Source: Octopus vulgaris (Eukaryota). From it: a DNA stretch of 64,000 nucleotides. The translations under genes were made by a program, and so were the position numbers. This document shows, piece by piece, positions 1 to 12,639 of the stretch (position 1 is its first letter; each line of letters starts with the position of its first letter). Location of the stretch: positions 6,820,001-6,884,000 of the forward strand of contig OX597823.1 in the NCBI GenBank assembly GCA_951406725.2. Direction: 5' to 3'. The notes beneath the pieces were generated by a model, which ran no database searches, was not told where the DNA came from, and saw only the letters and a list, made by a program, of their open reading frames with translations.

Positions 1-535
1 GCAAAACTCACTTCCACCTTGCTGTACTTCTTTCCTCTGATCACAAATGTCGCTTGTTTTCATAATGGCTGCCAAACCTTCTTCAATATCGTCTTCCGTT
101 AATATTGCTATTTTGTTGGTTGCAACCGCTTGCCTGCAGTGCACCACCGTCCTATTACTCTTCTCGTCCTATTACTCTTTCTTCCGGAGGGACCAGCTTG
201 ATTGTGTCTTCGTCTCTCTCTGCACAAACTTTTCGCTACTTATAATATTGTCCATCTTAATTTTCATCTTCTTTGCTTCCAGCGGCGCAGCTGCTTCCAC
301 TGAAGTGGTTTTCGCATAGTTTTCCATGATGAAAAGCTAATATTTTCACACCCAAAATAGAGAGAAAATAGCAAAAAACAACAACACCAAACAAAATCAC
401 GCACGAGCGCTTCAACAACAAATTTTAACAGTAAAAATAACAATATACTCAACAGTCTCAAAAAAGTCAACCTTTCTCAATCACACCGTGGTCACAATTG
501 ACTAACTCAAGCAACTTTCATCACCAACTGACCTC
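1..535 (-). mobile_element. 5' part of a degenerate ORF1/gag-only retroelement unit (continues beyond the left edge of the window)
   Basis: Aligns by eye with 1271-1808 (gcaaaactcacttccacc/gcaaacttcgtctccacc; ccagcttgat; gtggtca..tgactaactcaa.caact..ctgacctc), giving a tandem period of about 1.27 kb. Confidence 0.7.
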
Positions 536-1808
536 ATTTTTTATTACCCATAAAGGCTACATAAAAGTGCTTTACAATACAAAAAGACAATACAAAACAA
601 ACTCGGGGAACTAAAAATTACAAAAAAGAAATTGAGTAAAGAAGAAAAAGAAAAGAAACGAATGAAATTATGAAAGAATGATAAAAATGGAGCGCAATGA
701 TCACTCGAACTTGAAGTCGAGTGATTACATTTATACATAATATTTTTACGGTTTTTCCCCAATTTTTTTACCAAAAAGTTCACATTCCCGTCATCTTTTT
801 TTTCTATACTATTCATATCGCCATTCTTGTTAGTTCTTAATACTCCCTGCAGATGGCGGAGCATCACGCAACTATATCCTATCCACCATACTTACCGATC
901 CACCGAATGTATCCACAAATCTATCAAACCTTTCGTCTTGCACCACAGTTCCTCTATCATCTCCGTCAAACTCCTCTCTGGATAGCTTCGCCCTCATGGG
1001 ATTAGCTCCATATCTTCAAATGTGGCACAAAATTACATCCTGACCCCGAATCCCCACCAGTTTAACATTTTTCTCTCTCCTATCGGTCCCAGTTCCGGAT
1101 TGTCTTCAGTGGCAGCCAGAATAGTTTCCACCAACCACTCTGTTTTGATTTCGGGTGGCACTCACTCTACTCTGACTCGAACACTGCGCCTTTCCCTATA
1201 CGCGGGTAACAGTGCTACATTGCTCGACCTAAGAATGGTGGTGGAATGAGAGGCCGCCTCTTCTTTGGTAGCAAACTTCGTCTCCACCGTGCCGTATCTT
1301 CTTCCTCTGCTAATAAAAGAAGTAGCCTTTTTCATTATGTTTCCTAGTCACTCCTCAATATCTTCCTCTGACAATTTTTCTATCTTGCTGGTGACGACCG
1401 CTTCTATGCGATACTCTACCGTCCTGTCACTCTTATCTTTCACTGTCTCCTGCGGAGGGCCCAGCTTGATAGTGTCTCCTTCCTTCTGCACAAGTTGTTC
1501 ACTTTTCAAAATGTGTTCCATGTCACCTTTTAAATTTGCCTTGCTTCTAACAGAATAGCTCTTTTCGCCGCAGCCATCTTTGCATAGCTTTCTATGCTGG
1601 AAAAGCTAAGTTTTGTTTTCTCACCCACAATGGAGAGAAAAAGAGCAAAAAACAATAATACTAGCAAATACCAAATACGCGTAGGTCGCTTCAACAATAA
1701 TAAATTCAACAATAATATCAACAGGAAGTCTTGAAAACACAAAACTTCCTCTATCGTACTGTGGTCAAAGATGACTAACTCAAACAACTCTCGTCGCCGG
1801 CTGACCTC
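536..1808 (-). mobile_element. Degenerate ORF1/gag-like RT-less retroelement unit (L1/Tx1 ORF1-like)
   Basis: Minus-strand translation gives SFISRGRRYGTVETKFA and LLPAYRERRSVRVRVE*VPPEIKTEWL, homologous to VYLTRGMEFGTVMVQF and LLPTYLNRKTTRIRVEGIPPHIEGEW of ORF 35854-36723. Its 3' end gggtaataaaaaat resembles gggtaataaagaaat of the 35-38 kb units. Confidence 0.7.
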
Positions 1809-2360
1809 TGCCACGCGTTCCATCACTAATTTGAATTGTCCGCCTCTCAGTAAAAGCGTAGAAAAGAACGTTTAACATGCTTTAAATCAGCCGCACGATC
1901 CATGAACATTATTTCTCATTAGAATGACTTACAGATCCATTGTTGGTTTGCTACTGTAGAACTAGAGAACAGTATTTCGATTAGTACCATTTAGAATTAT
2001 ATTTATCAGAATATTTTTTCCATCTTATACTCTCCTTCATAACAACAATACATGCAACACGTTATGCTAACAGTTTTCCTACTCGCCGTTCCCTGAATAT
2101 TGCCATAATGAGTTTTGATGTAATAAACTAGCATCATCAAAGTTCAGATATTGTAAATTATAGATTCCATTTCAGTCAGCATGTACAATGGACCAGTCTA
2201 TCTGACTTCACAGCAGTTAACATATTTGCCCTTTTTTACTCCAACATAAGATCACGTTTTAAAGCTGAGATCAAAAACATAATGTATTAGTTAAGAACAT
2301 TACCAACGGGAATTTAAAGCATTGAATGTGGAAAATATGTAGAATGGGTCTAATACTTAC

Positions 2361-2542
2361 AAATATTCAACATTTGGTGGAATGGGTTGCGGGATCGAAG
2401 TCAGTCGCCGAAATGAACAATCTATATTTGTCTGAGAACCGTCACAGGAGCAAATGCTGCACATGTCTGATGCAGCATGAGACTCCAAACAGAAACTCAT
2501 AGAGATTATCAACACAAAAGTCAATTTCAATTGTTGGAACAT
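2361..2542 (-). CDS. First coding exon of a secreted or membrane leucine-rich-repeat protein (signal peptide + LRRNT cap)
   Basis: Hydrophobic signal MFQQLKLTFVLIISMSFCLESHA, then the LRRNT pattern CSICSCDGSQTNIDCSFRRLTSIPQPIP. Acceptor ttttcttcttttacag places the exon start at 2562; donor gtaagt at 2360-2355 is phase 2, typical of LRR genes. Confidence 0.8.
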
Positions 2543-2706
2543 ATTTTCAGGCGTTGATTAATCTGTAAAAGAAGAAAATATAAAATACCAGAAACTTCAA
2601 TGTCAATTCTTTCCCATTGCAAATTCTTCGTAGGACAAGCTTTGGCCCCTGTTCCATGAGATGACTTTATCTTTGATTGCACTTTCAGTTTAATATTTAC
2701 ACTTAC

Positions 2707-2801
2707 GAAACTGAATCCAATGATAATTCAATGTGGTGAACATAATAGATTATAGCTTTAATAAGTGATAACGTCGAAGATAAACTGAACATCAATCGCC
2801 C
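2707..2801 (-). other. Putative non-coding 5'-UTR exon of the LRR gene
   Basis: Donor gtaagt at 2706-2701 gives a 144-bp intron to the acceptor at 2563; possible acceptor tgtatgcag near 2802. Confidence 0.35.
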
Positions 2802-2823
2802 CTGCATACACATGCACACACAA

Positions 2824-2863
<40 letters not shown>

Positions 2864-3016
2864 TTATATGTGTGTGAGTGCATGTGCATGTGTTTGATGT
2901 TCTTTCGGTTTTCTTTGTTTTCCTTTCCATCAACATTTCGTCTCGCTTCAGATTCCATGGAGATATTTTGTGGAGATGCAACATCTAATAACTCCCTATC
3001 TGTTGATAACACCACA

Positions 3017-3262
3017 ACCACAACGACGCCATGAACAGTTGAGGGCCCCTACGCCACAACATCGGCGCCAGAAATGTTTGCTCAGTGCTTCCACGGAAGA
3101 GCAAGCTCTTCCCAAATTGCCTGCTACCCAAACCAACAACAACGACGCCACGAACAGCTGAGGACCCCAACACCTCAACATCGGCACTGGAAATGTTTGC
3201 TCTCTGATTCCTCGGAAGAGCAAGCTCTTCCCAATTTTGCCTGCTCTCCAAACCAACAACAA
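3017..3262. repeat. Two-copy ~119-bp tandem repeat
   Basis: caacgacgcca.gaacag.tgagg ... gaagagcaagctcttccca ... aaaccaacaac occurs at about 3021 and about 3140. Confidence 0.85.
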
Positions 3263-3589
3263 TGCACTAATTTTTTTTTCGACCAAACCTCATCATCTAA
3301 CACTGATTCCTTGGTTGTGGTGATGGTGGTGATGATGGTGGTGGTCGTCGTCGTGGTTGTCGTAGTGGTACTGGACGTGAATAACAACGGAATTAGCGCC
3401 TTCAGAATAGTGACTGTTTATACCCTGACAGGGGATGGAAAGACATATTTCTTTAGACGTCAATAGAATTTGACGGACGGAAGGACTGTGTAAAGCCAGC
3501 ACATTTCAAGAAGGGTGTGAAGTCACGAAAACCTTAGAAATTTCCAGCAGTCTGACAGGTATCGACTGGATTCCCCTCTGCGTGTCGGC

Positions 3590-3960
3590 CTAGGCATGCT
3601 CTGGCTGTTGGTGCTCAGGCACGCGTTGAGGTTGCGACACCTGCAACGATTTCTTGACGGAGAACGTGTGTCATCACCGTTTGTGAGGCACGTTTTCCCA
3701 CAGTTCGTTTCCTTGGCAGGGTTGCAGTCCTGGGGGGAGGAAAGCCCTAAATTCTCTGCCTGGCACCTAAAGTGTCGTCAGATGTACACAGCCCTCAACT
3801 AGTTGAACACGCATTTGTTGAGTGTCCGAGCATGATAATGAAGAAAGGACCACCAACGGCTGGCATCACTGTAACGATTGAGTTGGTTATGTTCCACTGT
3901 GATTGACACATGGGAAAACCTTTTTTGTCTTGAGGGATGCCTCAAAAGATAATGAAGTGT
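3590..3960 (-). mobile_element. Possible decayed DNA-transposon C-terminal fragment (Academ-like, Cys-rich)
   Basis: Minus-strand fragments RWWSF, LRAVY, LSSPQD and NCGKTC...CRCRNLNAC recall the motif order in Academ-like proteins; heavily degenerate. Confidence 0.3.
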
Positions 3961-4019
3961 CAGACTATCGACAAATAACATATTTACCAATCATGTGGGA
4001 ACTATAGACATTTTTAGAT

Positions 4020-5945
4020 TATGAAAGATTTTTATCAGATGACAAGAAGGGATGTAAATGTAGGTCAAGTGGGATAACCTATCAGGTTTTGATGGTCAAT
4101 ATGATATTAAGGAACTGCAGAAGAAGGTTAACGGGACTAGGAATAGCCTGCCTAGATTACAAACAACCTATGATATTGTGTCTCACAGTTGGATAGGGAA
4201 ATATATGGGGTTACTTGGAGTGGCAGTAAGTGTACAAAGACTGTTAAAAAGAAATATGACAGCCTGGAAACCGGAGTTAACATCTGCAGGTAAGTCATTT
4301 GATGCAGGGAACATCAGAAGAGGGATATTTCATGGATATAATCGCTCACTACTCTTGTTTGTGCTGATATTAATACATCTGTCGTCGATGATTTTGCGAA
4401 ATGGTAAAGTTGGATATAATTTTGGAAATGGAGTGGAAGAGGTTAACCACCTACAATACATGGACGATTAAAAGCTTTATAGGAAAAATGAAGCTGGACT
4501 TGGCACATTTGTGAATACAGTAAGCATTTTCGTTAATAACATACGCATGGAATTTGGTATGCATAAATGTATTATTTGATATAGAAGAGGTGGTGAGATA
4601 AAATGGAATCAAATACTTAAAGTCGAATAATCAGTCAAAGTTTAAGCGAAGTCAGCGATAAAGGTATGTGGGAATTTTGGAGTCAGATATCAACAACAGA
4701 AGCGAAATGAAAGAAACCATTTCGAAGGAGTACTGGAAGATCAGGTTGATACTGAAATTTAAGTTAAATTCTAGAAAAATTGTAAAAGTGATGAATTCAA
4801 GGGCTGTATCAATTGTGAGATATGTGGCAGGTCCTGTGAGTTGGAACAAAGAGGAACTACAAGATATTGATCAGATCGAAAAACTCGGATAATAATGACG
4901 ATATAGAAGGCTTTGCATAAAAAGTGCACCTGTGGACAGACTGTACATGAAATTCAAAAATGGGGGAAGAGGACTGGTCCGAGTGGAGAAATATGGGAAT
5001 GAAAGATCTCAATCAGTATATTAACGAAAGCACTGAAGAAATGGTAGCAGCAGTAAGCAATGCAAAGATATTAAAAGTAGATCAAAGGAAAGTTGAAGTA
5101 ACTGAAACGAGAAAGCAAAATGATGTGGAAAAACATTTACACACCCAGTTTATAAAGAATACTGAGGCAGAAGACGCGTGGAACTGGTTGAAGACGGGAA
5201 TTCTCAATAAAGCGACAGAGGGATTCATGACACATCAGGATCAATCTCTCTGGACGAATAGTACAAATGCAGGACAGGAGTTAATGTGTCTCTGTTGCGC
5301 AGGTTTTATGATAAAGGAGAAGACACAGTGATCCACATAGTAAGTAAATGTTCCAAACTCGCACGGAAACGGTACAAATGTTGGAGACATGAAGATCATC
5401 CACTGGGAAATGGGTAAAAAGTATGGACTTCCATCAGGACGTAAAGTGATATGAACATGTATCTGAAAAATTAACTTAGAATTACGAGGTTAAACTTATC
5501 TGGAACTTTCTCACCCAAACGGGTCATGTCATAATGCAAAACAGACCAGATATATCCTGGTGTTTGATAAGAGGGAACGTACTTCCAACGTAAATGCTTA
5601 CGCATTTGGTAAGAGAAAATAAGAAAAATAAACCAATTAGGTAGATATATATATATATCACAGCCTGAAGAGACTGATAAGCAGGTTGTGGGGTTGCACA
5701 AAGAATGAGGTCTTACCAATTGTTATTGGAACCTTAAGAAAAAGGGAAGAGGTACAAGGAGTGGACACAAAAGATTGGCTTGCAGAAGCACATAGAATAC
5801 ATGGAACTGGTCTGCTTGTTTGGAACGGCAAAGATCATACGAAGATTCTTGGATGGCAGAAGTAATAGGTGGTGGCTTTGTTATCCAAAAATAAACTTAC
5901 TTAATATCCATCATAGTGGTGATATGAGACACAAAATGTTTTGAA
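4020..5945 (+). mobile_element. Degenerate R4/Dong-clade non-LTR retrotransposon (RT + CCHC + RLE remnants)
   Basis: NIRRGIFHG..SLLLF, NHLQYMDD and WNWLKTGILNKATEGF..QDQSLWTN, with many stops and frameshifts; 3' end abuts (TAA)n, the known Dong target. Confidence 0.8.
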
Positions 5946-5960
5946 ATAATAATAATAATA

Positions 5961-6011
<51 letters not shown>

Positions 6012-6075
6012 GTTGTTGTTGTTGTTGTTGTTGTTGTCGTTGTTATTGTTGTTGTTGTTGTTATTGTTATTATTA

Positions 6076-6119
<44 letters not shown>

Positions 6120-6192
6120 GTTATTATTATTGTTATTATTGTTATTATTTTTATTGTTTTTGTTATTATTGTTATTATTGTTGTTGTTGTTG

Positions 6193-6244
<52 letters not shown>
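5945..6244. repeat. (TAA)/(TTA)/(TTG)n trinucleotide microsatellite
   Basis: Directly visible; source of the poly-Leu ORF. Confidence 0.95.
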
Positions 6245-6245
<1 letters not shown>

Positions 6246-6794
6246 TTTGAGTGAGAGAGCAGTTCATGCCATCAAAGTGACACTGGGGTAAAATATACGA
6301 AGCCCAATATACCCATCATGACTGCCCGTCTGATAAAGGTACACCAGGCACATGCATCACAACCATATGTGCGCGACATGGTGATCTCATATCAAGATAA
6401 ACAGCACATGACCTTGCAGGTGGGGCCCAGTTAGAATTTTCTTCAGGTTGAGTAGCCCATCCCGCTCAAAAGGTCCCTGAATAAGGGTTGTTTAAAGATG
6501 TTGAAAGAACCACCCATGTTTCCAGAGGTGAATTATTCAAACCCCAAAGAATCCCTCTCAACACATGGCTATGATGCTCCCCCACTACTTCTGCTCATGA
6601 TCAGAGATGCACATATTGTCAGCCACTAAGGGACATGCTCAACTGGTTAAGGTCAAACAACTGACAAGCAAATCTGTGGTATTGAGCAGAATATTTGCTG
6701 TAGTCCATCTTTTATACCAAGACAAAACAATGTACATGATAACACTTCCAATCAGTTAAGATCAGAAGCCATGAGAGCCACTGCCTGGTACTGC

Positions 6795-6796
<2 letters not shown>
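6245..6796. mobile_element. Unclassified ~550-bp complex insert within a (TTA)n tract
   Basis: Sharply bounded by (TTA)n on both sides with no ORF; consistent with a non-autonomous microsatellite-targeting element. Confidence 0.4.
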
Positions 6797-6845
<49 letters not shown>

Positions 6846-6849
6846 TAAT

Positions 6850-7061
6850 GCGGCGAGCTGGCAGAATCATGCCCGTCGAAATGCTCAGTAGTATTTCGTC
6901 CGTCTCTACTTTCCGAGATCAATTTCCGCCGAGGTCGTGTTTCCCTTTCATCATTTCGGGATCGATTAAGGTAAGTACCGATTGAACACTGGAGTCGACA
7001 TAATCGACTCATCTCCACTTCACCGAAGCTGCTATTGTGGCAAAAATTTGAAATAGTAATA

Positions 7062-7062
<1 letters not shown>
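6850..7062 (+). mobile_element. tRNA-derived SINE (Meta-like central domain)
   Basis: Head gcggcgagctggcagaatc, B-box-like gagatcaatttcc, core ccttcatcatttcgggatcgat..aagtaccg; same head and core as 56881-57054. Confidence 0.7.
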
Positions 7063-7104
<42 letters not shown>

Positions 7105-8023
7105 AATATATATATATATATATATATATGTATACATATATATATATATACATATATATATATAGATATGTATCTATATATATATATGTATATATATATA
7201 ATAATATAAATAATATATAAATATATGCATATATACATATATGTACATACCTACATATATATGTATATATACATGCATATATGGGTACAGGACATAAAAA
7301 AACGTGGATAGAATGAGAAACGAGAATATAAAAACAAAAACACAGAAAACGAACTTTTTTCGAACAACGAAAAAAACAAGCCAACAGAGAAAGGAGACAT
7401 GCAGCATAAGCATATTCTCTTCATCAGTTGTCCCCTGTTTTATCTACTCCGCGTTTCGAAGGAAAAGTCAAGACGCGACTCCGTTAAAACAATCCTTCTC
7501 GAAAAAGCAAATTAAATAAATTTCGGATTGTTTTTTCGGAGGGTGGGAAAGTGGTAACAAAAAGAGGATAGTGAGAACAAAACAGTAAAAACAAACGGTG
7601 GGGGTTGTTAAGCCAAGACGACGTGAAGAGGTGAACGCTTGGAAAAACGAGCTTTGAGATGAGACAGATAAAAGCACGTCTTGTCTTTAGGAAGGAAGTG
7701 GAAGAAAGAGGGAATATCTGTTGGTCACGTGTGAGCAAGGAGAGAGTCAAGGAGGAAGAGTGAGAGAGAGGGGGAATGGAGAAGAGAATATCTCATTATA
7801 TACATATGTCTATACATAGACACATACACACATAAGGTGAGCTGGTTTCTGTTATTAGATTCCACATTCTAGTTACCTCTATTTCCAGGTCTTTGTATTT
7901 TGAAAGTTTCTCCATTTCTTTTAGAGACACGTTGTCAGCTGCTGGAATTGATACATCAATACTAGATGACTATCATTATTATTATATCATCATCATCATC
8001 ATCATCATCATTATTATTATTAT

Positions 8024-8578
8024 TATATGTTTGACTTTTGCTTTATATTTGTACAAGTTGGCTCCAAGTCTCACCCAGAGACCTCAAGAGACAACAGGTT
8101 GGAAGTTTACGTTGTTGTTGTGCCTAGTGTGCCATATATTTGGGTTTTTTCTTGGTGTTGTACTAGTGAATGTCTAATAAATAAATAAAAAAAGAAAATA
8201 AAAAAAAGAAAAGAAATAAAATAAAAATTGTTTGTTTTAAACCTTGAGATTACATAGAAAGTATTTTGCGTAGGATATGAGCAGTTCCCATGAGCACTAT
8301 CTTTTGAATTTCTGCCACTTTGGGGTTTCCTGGTATCTGAGTTAGGTAGCAATCATCCCCTTTCGCTATCATTCCCAGGGCACTATGACAACAGGTATTG
8401 TTTTAGTCTTCAGGTTCCACATTTTGCTGATTTCTATTTCAAGATCTTTATATTTGCTCAGTTTTTGGTAGGTCTTGACAGATACGTTAATATCGATTGG
8501 GACAGTCATATCAATGAGGAGGCATGTTCTTTGTCTGAAGTCTTTCAATATGATGTCTGGCCTATTTGCATCTATCTT
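8024..8578 (-). mobile_element. 5'-truncated Dong/R4 copy (RLE end + 3' UTR), inverted
   Basis: ORF 8369-8599 (ANRPDIILKD..CLLIDMTVP..KLSKYKDL) is a PD-(D/E)xK endonuclease; the segment is the reverse complement of about 9640-10165 and is flanked by (TTA)n. Confidence 0.9.
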
Positions 8579-10168
8579 TGTTGACCAGCAGAATGTCATA
8601 AAAGAATTAGACCCAGCAGAGAACTACAAGTATCTAGGGGTAATTGAAGGAGAAGGAATAAGGCATTCAGAAATGAAGGAAAGGATCAGGAGAGAATGTT
8701 ATCGCAGAGTAAGAGCAATACTCAAGACAGAGCTGAATGCGAGAAACAGGTTCGAAGCGATCAATGCATTAGCCATACCAGTCGTGACTTACAGTTTCAA
8801 TATTGTTAACTGGTCAATTACTGAAATATTTAATCTTGACAGAAAAATACGAAAACTGTTGACAATGCATAGAATGCACCACCCTAAGGCAGATACAGAA
8901 CGACTTTATCTGCCAAGAAAAGAGGGAGGCCGTGGACTTTTACAACTGGCAATAACAATGAAGATTGCTACAATTGGCCTAGACACCTACCTGAAAAACT
9001 CTGAGGACTGGATGTTAAAACTTGTCTCAAAACATGAAAACAAGAAAGCATCATACTCAGTAACAAAACAGGCAAAGGGATATCTAAGTGAATTCCGAAT
9101 ACAACAAATTTCGGAATTAGAGATAGACATACAAGAAACAAGCACGGAAAAAGCTTGGCGCATGAAAACCCGTGCTAAATCTGCGGTCTTAGATATTCTG
9201 AATGATAAATGGCAAGAAAAACCTCTCTATGGCAAATACCCAAAGAGAGCAAATAATGCAGATGTTGACAAAGCCCTGACCCATCAATGGCCTCTGGCTT
9301 AAAATCTGAAGAAGAGGGGTTTATCATAGCAGCTCAAGATCAATGCCTACCAACAAGAAACTACCTGGCCAACATATTAAAGATCAGAAGCAGTCCAACG
9401 TGTCGTGTATGCAAGCAACAAAATGAAACCATTGATCATGTGGTCTCCAAGTGCAGTCTGTCTTCTAGCGCCCACAGAGTATCTCAACAGACACGATAGA
9501 GCTGCACAATATATTCACTGGGTAATCTGCAAAAACCTGGATTTGCCCCATGAAAAAAACTGGTGGGAACACAAACCACCCCCAGTGCTTGAAAATGATC
9601 ACATCTCACTCCTCTGGAACTTCCCATTCAAACTGACAGAAAGATAGATGCAAATAGGCCAGACATCATATTGAAAGACTTCAAACAAAGAACATGCCTC
9701 CTCATTGATATGACTGTCCCAATCGATATAAACGTATCTGTCAAGACCTACCAGAAACTGAGCAAATTAAAGATCTGGAAATAGAAATCAGCAAAATGTG
9801 GAACCTGAAGACTAAAACAATACCTGTTGTCATAGGTGCCCTGGGAATGATAGCAAAAGGGGCTGATAGCTACCTAACTCAGATACCAAGAAACCCCAAA
9901 ATGGCAGAAATTCAAAAGATAGTGCTCATGGGAACTGCTCATATCCTAGGCAAAATACTTTCTATGTAATCTCAAGGTTTAAAACAAACATAATTTTCGG
10001 TTTAAAAATTTTTTTTTTAGACTTTCATTAGTACAACACCCCACCCCCAAATATATGGCACACTAGGCATAACAACAACATGAACTTCCAACCTGTTGTC
10101 TCTTGAGGTCTCTGGGTGAGACTTGGAGCCAACTTGTACAAATATAAAGCAAAAAATCAAACATAGAA
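8579..10168 (+). mobile_element. 5'-truncated Dong/R4-clade LINE
   Basis: YKYLGV, RLYLPRKEGGRGL, EGFIIAAQDQ, the CRVC..ETIDHVVSKC knuckle, YLNRHD and an RPDI RLE motif; a few frameshifts; followed by (AAT)n. Confidence 0.92.
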
Positions 10169-10169
10169 T

Positions 10170-10233
<64 letters not shown>

Positions 10234-10238
10234 TAATA

Positions 10239-10269
<31 letters not shown>

Positions 10270-10693
10270 TAACAACAACAACAACAACCACGGCAATCGT
10301 TTCTACTAAAGTTACAAAGCCTGAAATTTTGTGGGAGAGGATATATCCATATATGAATCGTAATGGGAGGCGTCTATTTCCATTGCTACATAAAAAAAGG
10401 GACAAGAATAGAGCGAGTAAAATATTGGCGACTTACCTGAGTTGAAAGTCAATATTCAGCCGGTCATATATTTCATAGTTACTCTGGTGGTGTGCTTTCG
10501 TCGCCTTTATAAAAAAAATTAAGTTATGTAAACAATGTATTTAACTATAAACCTCCGTCAGCCACGAGTTAACTATTCTCAACCAATCAGCTATTTAGAA
10601 ATTTATTTTTTTGAATTGCATATATTTTAATACCTTTTCTCAATTGGTTACACTTCTATTCACTTCTCTTTCGACACGCCGAATTTCCTTCTA

Positions 10694-10776
<83 letters not shown>

Positions 10777-10779
10777 ATT

Positions 10780-10819
<40 letters not shown>

Positions 10820-11568
10820 AGAGAGAGAGAGAGAGAGATAGATAGATAGATATATGTATATAGGGATAGTTCACGAAAAAAACAAAAGACGAAGACAAGC
10901 GATGTACACATGTATGTATGCCTGTATGAATATACGTATGCTTGTATTGTCACATTTATCTAGGGCGATGTCCTTGGTATGAATTTATACTGTATCCAGT
11001 GGTGAGGTCTTTGGTTCGAGAGTTTCAGGGTTTTGTGAAATATGGAACCACCACTTAGCCTCTATTGTCTCCCGATCTACTCTGGCCCGGAGTAGTAGCA
11101 AATGTCAGGGCCCTACTACAAGTTAACTAATTTATGTCCTGACAATCTGAGCACGGAGATGCAGAAATAAACTTGGTTGGTGTCACGGCATGCAATAGAA
11201 CCAGTAAGACGGAAGGATTCCTTGGTTACTGGCGTCACTGCATCCTTCTAAGAGAAGGGTATTCTGATGGAAAACCTGCTGTTTGACGTGGTTATTGTTC
11301 ATCTCGCTTCGGTCTTTCTCTAAGTTCTAATCGCAGAGACTCAGAGTGGTACACATGCTGTAAAGGTGTCTATCACTATAATCCAACGAGGGACAGGTAT
11401 CTCTTTCAGATGACCACCTTTGTCATTAAATCTAATGAATCTCCTACAGGGATGGAAGAGCGAACGTGCACAGGAAATCACAACTTTCATCTGTCGCCCT
11501 CGATCCAAACCGTGCAGAACGGCAGAGAGACTAAATATTGATGTGAGAGGTCATGAATGGAAGTCCAG

Positions 11569-11626
<58 letters not shown>

Positions 11627-11803
11627 GTTTAAATATTTGTTGTGCAAGATTTTTTATGTGAAGTCGTGTGTTGAAACAGATATTGTTATATTTCGGAATG
11701 GTCATATTGCCAGTTTAGCCAATAAAAACACACGCACTATATATTTGGTGTTATTTTGCTTCAGTGTTATTTATTTTTTTCACATTAATCTTAATCTTAT
11801 TTC

Positions 11804-11848
11804 GGCCAGAGTTCTTTCGTCACACTCCTGTGACCGCATCAGTGGTCC
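11804..11848 (-). ncRNA. Type I hammerhead-ribozyme-like motif in the PLE pseudo-LTR (inverted copy at 15516-15560 +)
   Basis: ggacca-CTGATGCG-gtcac(aggagt)gtgac-GAAA-g(aa)c-TC-tggcc. Confidence 0.7.
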
Positions 11849-12148
11849 TTTGTTTTCTTCTTTCTTATTTGTGTCTCTCCTTACTAACCGTCAGCCATTT
11901 TGTATTTCTATTGTATGTCTTCATTTGCGCATGCTTATATCTCTATGTGCGTCTATGTTTATTTAGTGTGTGTATGTGGGGGGATGCCTGTAATATTTGT
12001 ATCTTCTGTTTATATATGTTCATGTAATTTGTATTTTGTTTTTTTGTTTTTGTTGTTTTTGTTTATTCTTATTTTGTTCATGTGTTTACATCCACTTATT
12101 ATTATCATTACATATGCTTGTATGTATGTATGTATAACAACAATAAAA

Positions 12149-12489
12149 GGGTAAAGACCCCCTTCGGTCATGAATGACCATGGGATTGCACCTAGAAAGT
12201 TACCCTCCTAGACACAAGTCCGGGCAAGGTTGTTTATGGAAGGCCAGCAGTCGCCCATGCATACCAGCCTCCCCTCTCCACGCCACCAGTGTTATCCAAG
12301 GGAAAGGCAAAGGTCGATACAGCTTGGCACCTGTGACGTCGCAACTCATTTCTACAGCTGAGTGAACTGGTGCAACGTGAAATAAACTGCCTTGCTCAAG
12401 AACACAACACGCAGCCTGGTCCGGGATTCGAGCTCACAACCTCACGATCGTAAGCTCGACGCTCTAACCACTGAGCCATGCGCCTTCAC
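12149..12489 (-). mobile_element. tRNA-derived SINE inserted in the PLE 3' region
   Basis: Head ggcgcatggctcagtggttagagcg (A box) ... gagctcgaatcccgg (B box). Confidence 0.85.
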
Positions 12490-12639
12490 TACTACTGAGC
12501 TATGCGCCTTCACTACTACTAGTAATAATAATAATAAATCGAATCGAAAAACCAAAAAAAAAATATATATATATATAGTTATTTATTTCTATTAGTTTAT
12601 TTATCTGTGTATTTATTATGTTTTCAGGATCCTCTATCG

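Noticed and set aside
3017-3262. CRISPR-like array (also considered for 33020-35030)
   Set aside because: Eukaryotic context, contiguous tandem units without unique spacers, and no cas genes.
6010-6291. Poly-Leu ORF
   Set aside because: (TTA/TTG)n microsatellite.
12400-12489. Functional tRNA genes at SINE heads (also 23543, 24727)
   Set aside because: A and B boxes are present but run straight into SINE bodies, with no complete cloverleaf.
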